From NCBI GenBank assembly GCA_951406725.2, contig OX597814.1:77748001-77812000 (forward strand): a stretch of DNA of 64,000 nucleotides, read 5' to 3'. The notes under the pieces were generated by a model, which was not told the DNA's origin, did not search any database, and saw nothing but the letters and a program-made list of their open reading frames with translations. Positions within the stretch are counted from its first letter, which is position 1, and each line of letters opens with the position of its first letter. Below are positions 42,956 to 57,582 of this stretch, piece after piece. A program made the translations under genes and the position numbers. The stretch is from Octopus vulgaris (lineage: Eukaryota).

Positions 42956-44267
42956 GTTAGTATTTCATTTCTAGTGTATGCAATTGTCTGAACTGATTAG
43001 ATGGTTGTCTACGGTCTAAAAGGTCAACAGTTCATATCCTAATACCAGTATCACAGTATATGTATAACTCACCAGCTGAGTTTATTTGACTATAAATAAG
43101 TATTATTGGGAGGAGCAGCTGCTCACCGTGAAGGGTAATAGTAGTGTATAATTATAATGATTATTTCATTAGTTTGAATTGATGAATTTCAAGTCCCTCT
43201 GTATGGTTCTAGGAATATTATCCAATGCCTCTGTTACATTTAAGGCTATCTTCAAGCACACCAAAAAATTCTTACTGTGTTTTATATATTAATACTTGAA
43301 AGTGTCTTACTGTTTCCAAATATAATACTAAACAGTATTTGTTTGTTTTACATTTATTTTGTTTTTATAATAATGTGAAAGGCAAAGGATAGATTCACAG
43401 AAAATATTGGAATTGGAGAATTTTTATGAGCTACAAACGACAAGCCATTTCTGTTTAACAAACATCAGGACAGCACAGTTTACAATGACAGTGTCATTAT
43501 TGACTGACCTCTATTCTTAGTCACCACCAGGTGGTGGCTACTTGTAACTATTGACTTTACTGTTAAGATTAACAGATGCATAGCAGCCAACCCATGCAGC
43601 CAATAATTAGAACCAGAGACTGGAATCAGTGACAAAGCTAACCAAGACAAAGGATACTGTTTCAAGGTTGAATAATGGGTGATACACTTTATTGGTTCTC
43701 TGTTTTAACACCCCCACCTGACTCTTGGGTACTTTTAGCTGAATCCACTTTGTTGTAAGCATTCAGCTCAGGACTATAGTCTGAAGGCAACTCTTTATCT
43801 TGATATACTACTTCTTACAACCCATAAATTATGGTTTCTTCCACTGTTTTCTTGGAAGGCCTGTGGCACTGCCATTCCTTAACTTCCACCCCATAGTAGA
43901 CCATTTTCCATTGTCTTTTCTTTTATCATAATTCTGATATTATGGTGTATCTTAGGCAAAGCACTATTCATCTTTTTCTCATTTACCTGGTTGTAGAGCA
44001 AATCATTAATTCATACAAAGAGAAAACAGATGTAAGATCAATTTCCTCCTCTGTGTATTGCATGTCATTATGTCTAGATAGCCTCATTGTGTCTGTTTAC
44101 ACCACTTTAGTAAAATTAAATATATAGGATTAAATAAGACACATACACTCCAACAAAAAATAGAGTGCTTGCAATGGACTTAAAATCAAGTCCAATGTAT
44201 TGATTGTTCAATGCTTTATTCACTTGGTTATTTCATCCTACATGAGAAATGTGCCAGCTCTTCACTT

Positions 44268-44505
44268 GTCTTCCTTGGCCATAGCATGATAATTGTTCTT
44301 TTGCCATAGGCATAACATATATTCCTCGGTCATATATATGACACATATTCCTTGGTCATAGATACAACATTTTTTCGAAGTCATATTTTACTTGGCCATT
44401 GGTATGATGTAGCATTCCTATTCAAAGGTGTGTCATATCTTCCTTGGCCATAGGTATGACATATCTATCTTGATCATAGGTTGTAACATATCTCTCTTGG
44501 CCATG
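44268..44505. repeat. Degenerate ~30-bp minisatellite
   Basis: about eight CCTTGG(C/T)CATAGG.ATGACATAT-like units. Confidence 0.7.
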
Positions 44506-45493
44506 GGTCTGAGAACAACAACAGCTTTTTGTAGGAGCATCCAAAGATGAGTTAGCTCCCACTGGCCTCAGCTAATGATCAGCAGGATTGATAGAAAGTC
44601 AAATCAATGGTTTGATGGTCTGAGTATAGATGAATGTTGACATAACATAGTGGATTAAATGTTTTTGCACATACCTCTAAGTTAACTGAACTGACCTATT
44701 ATCAAAGATATTTCAGCTAAGACTATCCCATTTTTTTTTTCAGATAATATGCACTACACTGTTTTGTTGACTGTAGCTTTTTTAAAATGGTAGGATGATG
44801 TTTCACATCACCTAACTAACAGAGGAAATAAGTACTTTGTATTTAGTATAAAACTGAGGTCTTCTTTACGGGGAGTTTTATGTCTAATAGGTTTAATGTT
44901 AGAGAGATCAAAACCAAATATTGATCTTTATTGCTTCTTTTACTTCTTGAAATGAATAATCTTTTCTTTAGTCTAACATAAGTTCATTTCCAAAACTCTA
45001 AGACCTTTTTGAGAGCTATTGTTTAATTTCAATTACATGTTATACAGTGGATAAGGGATAAAATTATTCTTGGACAGATTACCAGTCTGTTACTTATAAC
45101 ATTCTTGGATGACCTGAAAAACCAGTTCCTTTTCATCTAGGTGATGAGAGAGGGCCTTTATATGGTCACTCAGTGTGTTAAAAATAGCAGCCAAGTCTTC
45201 CTCAAGCTAGACTCCTATTGTCTTGAAAAGAGAAGTTACATTATATAATATAATACGCGATGTACAGTGCCCAAGTGAAAGTTGGGATTGTTATGGCTAA
45301 AATACTTTTGATCATAGGTCTATATAGTCTGGTCTGTCATGGAACTAAACAACAACTAAAGCAACATAGAATAAAGTGTTTAGCTCAGAAACATTGCCTA
45401 CTGCAGCTTGGTGCTCCTGTATTCCAGTTCTTATTTGCTGACCTCATTTTACATGTTCTGTCAAATATAATTTTTCATCTATTTTTGATTTAG

Positions 45494-45692
45494 CAATCAG
45501 ATGAATTTAAAACAAGCACGTAATATAAGTGCACCTAACATGATACCACCGCCACCACCATCACCATCACCTGGTGGTGCTCGCAATAAAGACATTATCA
45601 TCTGTGACAATAACAACAACAACAGAAATGACATCAGCAAGACTGAAATAATCAATCAGTCTATTGTAGCCTTCTCTGCAGAAAAGAATCAA
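45494..45692 (+). CDS. CEP162: CEP162 exon 18 (low-complexity Pro/Asn runs)
   Basis: tttag / gtgagt; phase 2 to 0 exactly bridges exons 17 and 19. Confidence 0.8.
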
Positions 45693-45749
45693 GTGAGTTT
45701 ATATTCATTTTATTCATCCCACCACTGCCAGAACACAAACTATTCCTTA

Positions 45750-46042
45750 GGTGCAGGCATGGCTATGTGGTAAGAAGCTTGCTTCCCAACCACATGGTTC
45801 AGTTCCACTGCATTGCAACTTGGGCAAGTGTTTTCTACAACAAGCCTTGGGCCGAACAAATGCTTGTGAGTGAATTTGGTAAACGGAAACTGAAGGAAGC
45901 CCATCGTATATGTGTGTGTATTTATGTATGTGTGTCTTTGTGCCTGTATTTGTACCCCCACCATCACTTGACAACTGATGTTGGTGTGTATGTCCCTGTA
46001 ACTTAGCAGTTCAGCAAAAGAGACTGACAGAATAAGTTCTAG
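45750..46042 (+). mobile_element. Family A SINE (further copies 26992-27320, 31498-31870, 48025-48490, 49950-50305)
   Basis: consensus head and body. Confidence 0.8.
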
Positions 46043-47001
46043 GCTTACAAAGAATAAGTCCTGTGCCTATGATCTCCTTCATCTGTCCTGCAAAACTGGT
46101 GAGTTCAAGACCATTAACATTTTCCTTGAACAGTTGTGAGTTGATGACTGGAGGGAAACTTGTGTGCAAGGAGGGAATTTCAGAGGATCAACATTTCTTA
46201 CTGAGAAAAAACTGGGAATTGTATAGGGCTGAGGAGCAGAGTGAGTTTGAGATATATAGAATATCAGTGTTTGGAGAAAGAAAGGAGTGCCCTGAGTGAA
46301 GGTGATTCAGACTAACCAAGCCTGGTGAGTGCAGACTATGTAGTTGTGTTAAAAAAGGCAGGGAAGAGACCGTCTCTCTATAGGTCAGCGTTGTGGGTGT
46401 GTTGGTGAGCGACTTCATGCCAATCAATCAAGAATCCTTTCTTTGGATGTGGTATGGGATATTTGTATGTGTGTCTGCAGTGCTGTCCTGGATGTGGGAG
46501 CTGCTATTTTATTTCTTCATCTTTTCTTCTTTATCTCTTCCTCATTGTTTTGTGGTAGACTTAATCCATTACTCGGTTTGATACCACCATCTGACTCTTG
46601 GATAACTTTAGTGAAGTCCAATCTGTTGCAAGTATTCAGTCTGGATTTCCTCTTTTTTGTGGTAATGTCTTCACTTTTCTTCCATTAAGGCTTTGGGGTC
46701 TTGAATAGGGTTCATGTGTGCTGTGCTTGCTCTAATAATTACATCATAAAAACAAAACAGATTTTAAAAAATTTACCATCTTAAATAATAGGTACGAGCA
46801 TTGCAGCATCATTTAAGAGTTTGTTTCACAACAATATGGTCTCACTGAGTGACATCTGGTCAAGTGTCTTCTACTTATCACTACTGCACTGCAAACATAA
46901 ATTCCGTAATTCTATATCTAGTCTTCATTTGTTTCATTAATGTCTTTATTTCATTCAAACAGTTATTTCTTGGTTTTCAATTACCATTAATTTTCCTACA
47001 G

Positions 47002-47151
47002 CTAGAAATCAGTCACTGGAAGCAGCAGTGCAATCTACTTGAACAGACAAATTTTGAATTGGAGACTCAAATAAGTAAACTGGTTCAGCAGAAAGAAGAA
47101 ATGCATCAAGTATTAGAGGAAATAAAGAAGGCAAAAGATGATGAAATGAAG
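47002..47151 (+). CDS. CEP162: CEP162 exon 19
   Basis: ctacag / AAG|gtaaag; LEISHWKQQCNLLEQTNFELE...DDEMK coiled coil. Confidence 0.88.
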
Positions 47152-48188
47152 GTAAAGCAATTAGAAAAATAACTGTCATTATTAATATAATAATAGGCAT
47201 TCTGTCTGTGAGTACAAGATATTGGTTTACTGACTGGATGATCAATGGTGCAAACCTGACTGCAGTTTTGTGAATGCATTGTTTGAATTGACTGAATAGA
47301 TAAGCAGTGGAAAAATAATTAGCAGTTGATTCTACCACTTTCTTTTTGAACTCAAATCTCATTGATATTGACTTAACTTTACCGTTTATTCTTTTGTGGT
47401 TCAGAAAATAAATCTCAGTTGAGTAATGATGTCCATATTATCAAATGTGACCCTCCACTAAACTTGTGAATTTGTGCCTATGCAAGAAATCAATCTTAAG
47501 CTTGTGAAAAGGCAGTGAGCTGGCAGAATTGCTAGCATGTTGGGCAAGATGCTTAGTGGCATTTCACCCATCATTATGTTCTGAGTTCAAATGCTACCGA
47601 GGCCAATTTTGCCTTTCAGCCTTCCATGGATAATAAGATAATTACCAGTTGAGCACTTGGCTTGATGCAATTAATCACCTCACCCCTGAACTTGCTGGCC
47701 TTGTGCCTAAATTTGAAACCAATATTAAGCTTGTGTTGATGGATACATACATATAACTTCTTAATGAACTGGGCTTGCAATTTCTTTTCTGTTTCATATT
47801 GCAACTGTTTCAGTGTGAAGTTGAAATCCTTGTATGCATTTGGTTTGAAAAGAGAAATATTCTACCATTGTTGTTTCGACATTGATACTCTATAGGAAGA
47901 CAAAGTATTTTTCATACCCCCAAAACCGATGTATTATGGGATTTGTCATCTCCAACACTAGTCTAGAAAAACATTTCCAAAATCTCAATTAAAATAAAGA
48001 TATTTTTATTATGTGAAGTATATAGGTGCTGGTGTGGCTGTGTGGTAAGAATCTTGCTTCCCAATCACATGGTTCTGGGTTCAGTCCCACTGCATAGCAC
48101 CTTGGGCAAGTGTCTTCTACTATAGCCTTGTGCCTATAAAAGCCTTCTATATGGATTTGGTAGATGGAAACTGAAAGAAACTGGTTGT

Positions 48189-48272
<84 letters not shown>

Positions 48273-48826
48273 GTATATGAGTGTGTGTCGTTGTGCTTGT
48301 GTTTGTCCCCACTACCATTTGACAACCAGTGTTAGTTTGCTTACATCTCCATAACATAGCATTTTGGCAAAAAGAGAATAATAAAATAAGTATCAGGTTT
48401 AAAAAAAAAAAGTAGTGGGGTCAATTCATTCAACTAAAAGTTCTTCATAGCCCAGCATGGCCACAGTCTAATGACTGAAACAAAAGATAGAAAATAAAAA
48501 GAGATATGTCATCTCATGTCATCTTTGCCCTCTTTCATAGGTGGCTTATGGAGTGCAAAGACCTTCCATTGGCTCCTGTCAGAAGCAGGTGTCTCCAATT
48601 AATTTGGCTGGATTCCTTAATCTCTTGATACCCACACTCTTATCAGTACTGCTAGATTATGCAGTCTGACTTGATACTCTTTTTATCACACTAAGTAACC
48701 CAGCACACACTTTCAGCAGTTATCTATACTTATACTCTCTGCCTTATCCGTGTACTCTTTTATTAAAGTAATGATAACTTGTTTTGGAAAATAAGAACCT
48801 TTCAATAAACCTATAATGATGTAATG

Positions 48827-49079
48827 CAGTGGTTTTCAACCACTTTTGGCTTATGGACCCCTTTGATTCTATTTTTACTCTACTGGGCCTACATAGCCAT
48901 TTGATGTATATATATATAAAAAATATTTTTATTAATAAATATTATAAGGAATTGCATAAAAAAATAAAAAATATTTTCGTGTATTGTAGAAGTACAAGCA
49001 ATTCATTTCACATGAATTTTAACAACAAAATCTTAAATGGACTTCCAAGGGTCATATGGACCCTGGTTGAGAAATACTG
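48827..49079. mobile_element. hAT/Charlie-like MITE, same family as 7095-7359, inverted
   Basis: CAGTGGTTTTCAACC...GGTTGAGAAATACTG. Confidence 0.7.
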
Positions 49080-49717
49080 ATGCAGAGGGACATCTTCCAG
49101 TATTCATGTGAAAGAAGCTGAAATTTTTATAGCTCTGTGAAATCATCTCACACAAAACAACTACTCTAAAGGTTAAGAGTAGTTGATGCTACCTTTGAAG
49201 TACCAATGCTTCAATAAATATATCTAATCCCCTCTATTTGTGGTTGGAGACAAGAGGGGGCATCTGGCTATTGAACTGCACTCAAATCGGTTTGTTGAAA
49301 TGTGCATAAAATTGCTGCTGCTGCCATCACTACTGTCACTGCTGCTGCCACCGCTACCATCCTAGCCATCACCATTGCCTCCACCACTGCTGCTGCTGCC
49401 ACAACCTCATCTTCTTCTTCCCCTCTTCCTCCTGCTCTTTCTCCTCCTCACTTCCCCCACCCTTCTTTTCCCCCACAACCACAAAAGGCCTTGAGGTATT
49501 TAGCTGTATCCCTTTCTGTTTGGAGTTCAAATTTGTTGAGGCTAACTTCACTTAAAATAAACGCCTGTAGAGAACTAGGGATCAATTAAAATTCAAATAT
49601 ATCCTGTTTGAGAAATGCATAACCTTGTAGCTTACATTAGAAATAAGAGTTAAAAAAAGCATAACTAATTATCGTTTAATATCCATGTTTCATTATTTTG
49701 GTATTCTTTAATTGCAG

Positions 49718-49879
49718 GCAGTTGAATCCAAATTTTTTGATGACATTGAAAGTATGAAGAAGAAACTTCACTGGTATACATACAATCAACAACTGTTAGA
49801 CCAGTCTGTTTTAGTCTTGCAGCAAAAAGATAAAGAGATTGAACAGCTAAATCTTAGAATTCAGAAACTGAGCTCAGAG
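49718..49879 (+). CDS. CEP162: CEP162 exon 20
   Basis: ttgcag / GAG|gtatgt; KKKLHWYTYNQQLLD matches CEP162 KRLQWYAENQELLD. Confidence 0.93.
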
Positions 49880-50432
49880 GTATGTATGTTTTTTTAATAT
49901 ATTCAGCTGTTTCTTTTTTAAATTACAATAAAAATAAATGTGGTTTCAGAAGCTCTCTTTGCAACATGTGGTTTCAGGGTCAGTCCTATTGTGTGGCACC
50001 TTCAACAAGTGTCTTCTATTATAACCCCAGGTTGACCAATGCCTTGTGAGTGAATTTGGTAACTGGAAACTGTGTAGAAACCTGTTGTATATGTATGTGT
50101 GTTTGTGTGTCTTTGTGCCCCTACCATCACTTGACAACTAGTGTTGGTTTGTTTACATCTCCATAACTTAGCAGTTCAGCAAAAGAGACCAATGGAATAA
50201 GTACCAAACTTTAAAAATAAGCACTGGTGTCAATCTGTTTAGCTAAACTCTTCAAGGCAGTGCTCCAGTATGGCTGCAGTCCAAAGGATGAAACAAAAGA
50301 TAAAAAAAAGATAACAACACCCCCTGTCCCTCACTTATTTCTTATTGTTTTCTGATTTAAAAAAAATAAGACTCTCTACAACTTAATAAAGAAATTCATT
50401 CTTTTGTTTGTACTTCATACTTCTCATTGTAG

Positions 50433-50516
50433 ACTGGGAAACGTTTTGAGGAGAACAAGTTACTTGGAAAAGAAAGAGCTGTTAATCAGAAACGTATTCA
50501 AAATCTCGAACATCAG
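50433..50516 (+). CDS. CEP162: CEP162 exon 21
   Basis: tgtag / CAG|gtgaat; ...QKRIQNLEHQ (cf. CEP162 KKIQDLERQ). Confidence 0.9.
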
Positions 50517-50765
50517 GTGAATAAACTTCTGGGAAATTCTGCTCTGCTGGTTCTGATTGGGAAATTCTGCATTTGTTTCTAAATGCAAAACCATAAATTC
50601 TGAGTAATTTCAAAGGATTTTTTAATGATTTTCCATTTTGATTCACAAAGCTTTCTATCTGTCTCATTCTATTCTCTTTTTCTGACTATTTATAGATGTG
50701 TTTATCTGTGTCTAACTCTGTTCTGTCTGTATATAGATGTATTTATCTGTGCTCATATCTTTACT

Positions 50766-51145
50766 CATGGCAGTGCCATATAAAAGCGTCTGTACAGTAC
50801 CACATAAAAGCGCCTGTGCAGTGTCAGGTAAAAGCACCTGTGTGGTGTCAGGTAAAAGCGCCTGTGCAGTGTCAGGTAAAAGCACCTGTGCGGTGTCAGG
50901 TAAAAGCGCCTGTGCAGTGTCAGGTAAAAGTGCCTGTCTGGTGCCATGTACAAACACTCATGTGAAGTCACGTAAAAGCACCCAGCACACTCTGAAAAGT
51001 GGTTAGTATTAAGAAGGGCATCCAGTTGTAGAAACAATTCCAAATCTGACTGGAGCCTGGTGCAGCTCCCCAGCTTACCAGCTTTGATAAAACCATCCAA
51101 CCCATGCTAGCATGGACATCAGACGTTAAATGATGATGATGATGA

Positions 51146-51148
<3 letters not shown>
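50766..51148 (+). mobile_element. Family B retroposon with 24-bp tandem repeats
   Basis: about seven GTGTCAGGTAAAAGC(G/A)CCTGTG(C/T)(A/G)-type units, then consensus 3' end and (GAT)n. Confidence 0.8.
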
Positions 51149-53442
<2,294 letters not shown>

Positions 53443-54980
53443 TTGAATGAAATTTTTCTGTAGCTTGTAATTCATGCCTTTCAACTTCTTATACGGAGGT
53501 AAACATTTAGATTTAATTAGTGTGCATAGCTGCTATTTTTTTAAATCTCTGCATCCTGTGGTAGTATATATATAAAAAAAGAGAAACGATGCAATGCAGT
53601 TGTCAGGTTTCGGTAGTGGATTACCAACTGCGTGGTCATAAGTCAAATATAACTATAGCTATTTAGTGAGTTTCTGAGCAAGGTACATAACTCTGCAAGC
53701 ATTGTGTAATGCCTGGAGCAGTAAATATACAGGCATCTCCCTACCTCCATCTGCATTATAGAAAAGCTGCATTCTTGAAAATCTTACTGCAGTGTTGAAT
53801 TCAATTGTCTGAAACCTATTTTCTCCATCACTTCCATGTTACATAGAAGTAAGTCAACAGGAAAATAAGTTTCATATTTCAGAATAACACATTACAGCAA
53901 GTTTTTCCAGAGCATAATGCTTTTATAACATGGAAAATGTTTGTATTAACTAAAAATAATGTAATCTGATAAAATGATATTAGTCAGCGGTTGATAATAT
54001 AATGCTATATATATATATATAATAAGTCTGTAAACAATTCTTACATAGTGAATCTGTCATCACTATTTGGCTGGTACAGTTAAAGATATATATTGTTTAG
54101 GAGGTTAGAATAAGACCAAAACATGTCTAAAATTGACTCCCATATCTGCCTGCAAAAATAAAAGAATAATATTAGTTTTAGATTAATGTTTTTTCAACAA
54201 ACACACACACACGCACGCACGCACGCGCAGCAGGCTTCTTTCAGTTTTCATGTACCATATCCACTCACAAAGCTTTGGTTAGCCTGAAGCTATTGTAGAA
54301 GACACTTGCCCAATATGCCATGCAGTGGGACTGAATCTGGCACCATGTGGTTGGGAAGCAAACACTTCTTACCACACAGCCACTTCATGAGAGTTGATTT
54401 GGTTTGTTTGGTATGACCCAGATACATGGCGAAACATCTATGTTGAAAATGAACTCATCATTCATGAGTCAGGCAGCAATAATGCTACACCTTAGGGCAG
54501 TGAGCTGGTAGAACTGTTAGCATACTGGGCAAAATGGTTAGTAGCATTTCATCCACCTTTACATTCTGAGTTCAAATCCCTCTGAGGTTACTTTTCATCC
54601 TTTTGGGATCAAAAAATAAGTACCAGTTGAACACTGGGGTTGATGTAATCATTTTACTCCCTCTTCTGAAATTACTGGCTTTGTGCCACGATATTGAAAT
54701 CAATACTACTACACTTTGTCTAAGTTACTAAATTGAAGGACTCCAAACTGAAATGAAATTTATATGAATTTATATATAAAATTTCATTAATTGAAAAATT
54801 AAATTTCATTTTGACATAAATACTGAAAATTTAGTTTCTTAGAGATATGGCTGTGTGGTTAAGAAGCTTGCATTGCAATCGTGTGGTTTCAGGTTCAGTC
54901 CCATTGCATGATGCCTTCAGCAAGTGTCTACTTCTATAGCCTTGTGAGTGAATTTGGTAGATGGAAACTGTGAGGAAGCT

Positions 54981-55033
<53 letters not shown>

Positions 55034-55116
55034 GGTCCCGGGTTGATTCGGGGTTAACCACAGTAAGTAAGGTACTCAATACATAGCAGAGTAAAATTAA
55101 TTTATTATATAGAAGG

Positions 55117-55167
55117 AGCTTCTACAGGACTAGTACTGTTTCATTCAAGAGAAATCTTCAGGGAGCT
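55117..55167 (-). ncRNA. Hammerhead ribozyme motif (short variant)
   Basis: reverse complement of 55739-55789 with one stem I change. Confidence 0.6.
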
Positions 55168-55417
55168 ATTTAACAAGAATTGTATTAGCATTTATACATT
55201 TAGGCAGGTTTAAAGGAGTGGTGGTGGGGGACTTTTTGGGGGTAGGCATAGTGCAAAATATCATACTTGGGGGAGTGGTCAAGGAGTCAGTGGTAAGTTA
55301 GATGAAAGAATAGATAAATAAAAAAATAATAAAAAAATAAAAAATAAAAAAATAAAATAAAAAAATAAAAAAATAAAAAATATAAATATAAAAAAATATA
55401 TATAAAAATATATATAT

Positions 55418-55483
<66 letters not shown>

Positions 55484-55738
55484 ATATATATATATTTTTT
55501 TATATATATTTTTTATATTTTTTATTTTTTTATTTTTTTATTTTTTTATTTTATTTTTTTATTTTTTATTTTTTTATTATTTTTTTATTTATCTATTCTT
55601 TCATCTAACTTACCACTGACTCCTTGACCACTCCCCCAAGTATGATATTTTGCGCTATGCCTACCCCCAAAAAGTCCCCCACCACCACTCCTTTAAACCT
55701 GCCTAAATGTATAAATGCTAATACAATTCTTGTTAAAT

Positions 55739-55789
55739 AGCTTCCTGAAGATTTCTCTTGAATGAAACAGTACTAGTCCTGTAGAAGCT
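55739..55789 (+). ncRNA. Type I hammerhead ribozyme motif
   Basis: agcttc CTGAAGA tttc-tctt-gaat GAAA cag-tactagtc-ctg TA gaagct; 6-bp stem I, GUA cleavage triplet, U-U at 10.1/11.1. Confidence 0.65.
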
Positions 55790-55800
55790 CCTTCTATATA

Positions 55801-55836
<36 letters not shown>

Positions 55837-56204
55837 TCATCATCGTTTAACGTCTGCTTTCCATGCTAGCATGAGTTGGACGATTTTGACTGAGGGCTGG
55901 TGAACCAGATGGCTGCACCAGGCTCCAATTTTGATCTGGCAGAGTTTTTATAGCGGGATGCCCTTCCTAACGCCAACCACTCCGAGAGTGTAGTGGGTGC
56001 TTTTTACGTATATATATATATATGAGTGATTGGACAAATGAAAGAAAAGGCACTCAGCACATTTATTGGGAGTTACATGTATTGTTCAAAACTGCTAAGT
56101 TACTGGGACATAAACAAACCAACATCAGTTGTCAAGTGATGGTGTGGACAACCACAGACATATGCACATACATGTATACTTTATATATAATATATATATA
56201 TATA

Positions 56205-56793
56205 ATAGAAATATTAAAATTACTAAGTCTCTCTAAAAGAGAACAGCAGCAGCGTTCCCGGAAAATAATAGTTATCGCCATACTAATATGGCATTCTTAT
56301 AAAAATAAGAATAAAGCTGTCCGCTTATTAGCTCCATGAGGCCATCGCCTTAAGTTAGCTATTTGATACACAAACTGTATCCATATAACCTTCGAACAAG
56401 AAACCAAATCAACTCTCATGAAGTGGCTGTGTGGTAAGAAGTGTTTGCTTCCCAACCACATGGTGCCAGATTCAGTCCCACTGCATGGCATATTGGGCAA
56501 GTGTCTTCTACAATAGCTTCAGGCTAACCAAAGCTTTGTGAGTGGATATGGTAGATGAAAACTGAAAGAAGCCTGCCGCGCGCGCGTGCGTGTGTGTGTG
56601 TTTGTTGAAAAAACATTAATCTAAAACTAATATTATTCGAACAAGAAGAAACTGACCTCCCTTGTTCGAAGGTTATATGGATACAGTTTGTGTATCAAAT
56701 AGCTAACTTAAGGCGATGGCCTCATGGAGCTAATAAGCGGACAGCTTTATTCTTATTTTTATAAGAATGCCATATTAGTATGGCGATAACTAT
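56205..56793. mobile_element. Fold-back element (~133-bp inverted arms 56268-56400 and 56661-56793) with captured local DNA
   Basis: no mismatch noticed between the inverted arms; insert 56401-56638 is an inverted copy of 54164-54405. Confidence 0.75.
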
Positions 56794-56856
56794 ATATATA
56801 TATGAAAAAACAAGTAAAAAATAGAAAATGCTAAAATAATTTTATAGTGAACATTT

Positions 56857-56894
56857 CAGTACCGGTTTCGGTCATTTTGAGACCTTTTCAACTG
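56857..56894 (-). ncRNA. Minimal Penelope hammerhead (U3-A8 variant), same strand as the Penelope ORF
   Basis: reverse complement of 59165-59202. Confidence 0.72.
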
Positions 56895-57582
56895 TAACGA
56901 TTAAATAATTAAATTTAGAAAAATTAGAAGAAAAGTTTTTTTAAAAGAATATTTCTATAGTAGTGTTCAGATTTAAGTGGCATTCTGCCTTTCTCTGACT
57001 CCCTTGTTTGCACTTGTGTGTTGGAGGTAGTTGTGAGTTCTTGGTAGGGTAGTAGAGGGAAGGCTGGTGAGGAAAGGGGGTGGGAGAATCTGGGAGTGCC
57101 CTGATGGTGTATTTTGAATGGTCAGTGGCGGCTGGCAGTCTCAGTTCAATTCAGGAGAATATTTATATTGACAGGCTTGTTTATAGAATTAGCGTAGGTG
57201 TTATATTAAAAAACATTAGTGACAAACTTAAGGGGTAGGGGGTGGAGAAGAAGAAGAAGGAGAAGGAGAAGGAGAAGATGACGATGATGGTGATGGTGGT
57301 GATGATTATGACGACGATGATGATGATAACGATGATGATGAAGAAGAAGAAGAAGAAGAAGGAGGAGAAGGAGAAGATGGTGGTGATGATGGTGGCGATG
57401 ATGATGATGCCGATGATGATGAAGAAGAAGAGGAAGAAGAAGAAGAAGAAAAAAACAGAGAAGGGAGAATATGAATGGGTGTAAATATAGCTATGAAGGG
57501 GCTGATTAGTAATGGATTCTATGGAGTGTAGTATTTGTGTGTGTATATATATTTTTTTCTTTTATTCTAAAGTTGAGGTATA

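Larger units (their letters stand above)
55031..55806. mobile_element. Non-coding fold-back element with two outward-facing hammerheads
   Basis: 55100-~55400 is a near-perfect reverse complement of ~55480-55806 around a (TA)n centre; left arm has a ~70-nt extra tail. Confidence 0.8.

Noticed and set aside
46043-46730. Unassigned segment interrupting a SINE tail, with several short ORFs
   Set aside because: No recognisable protein motif or terminal structure.
56661-56745. Pistol- or HDV-like ribozyme (AAATAG...TTAAG...TAAGCG motifs)
   Set aside because: I could not form the required pseudoknot pairing by eye.
57242-57484. Lys/Met-rich ORF and its mirror at 58582-58815
   Set aside because: Trinucleotide-repeat region of the Penelope 3' UTR, duplicated by the inversion.
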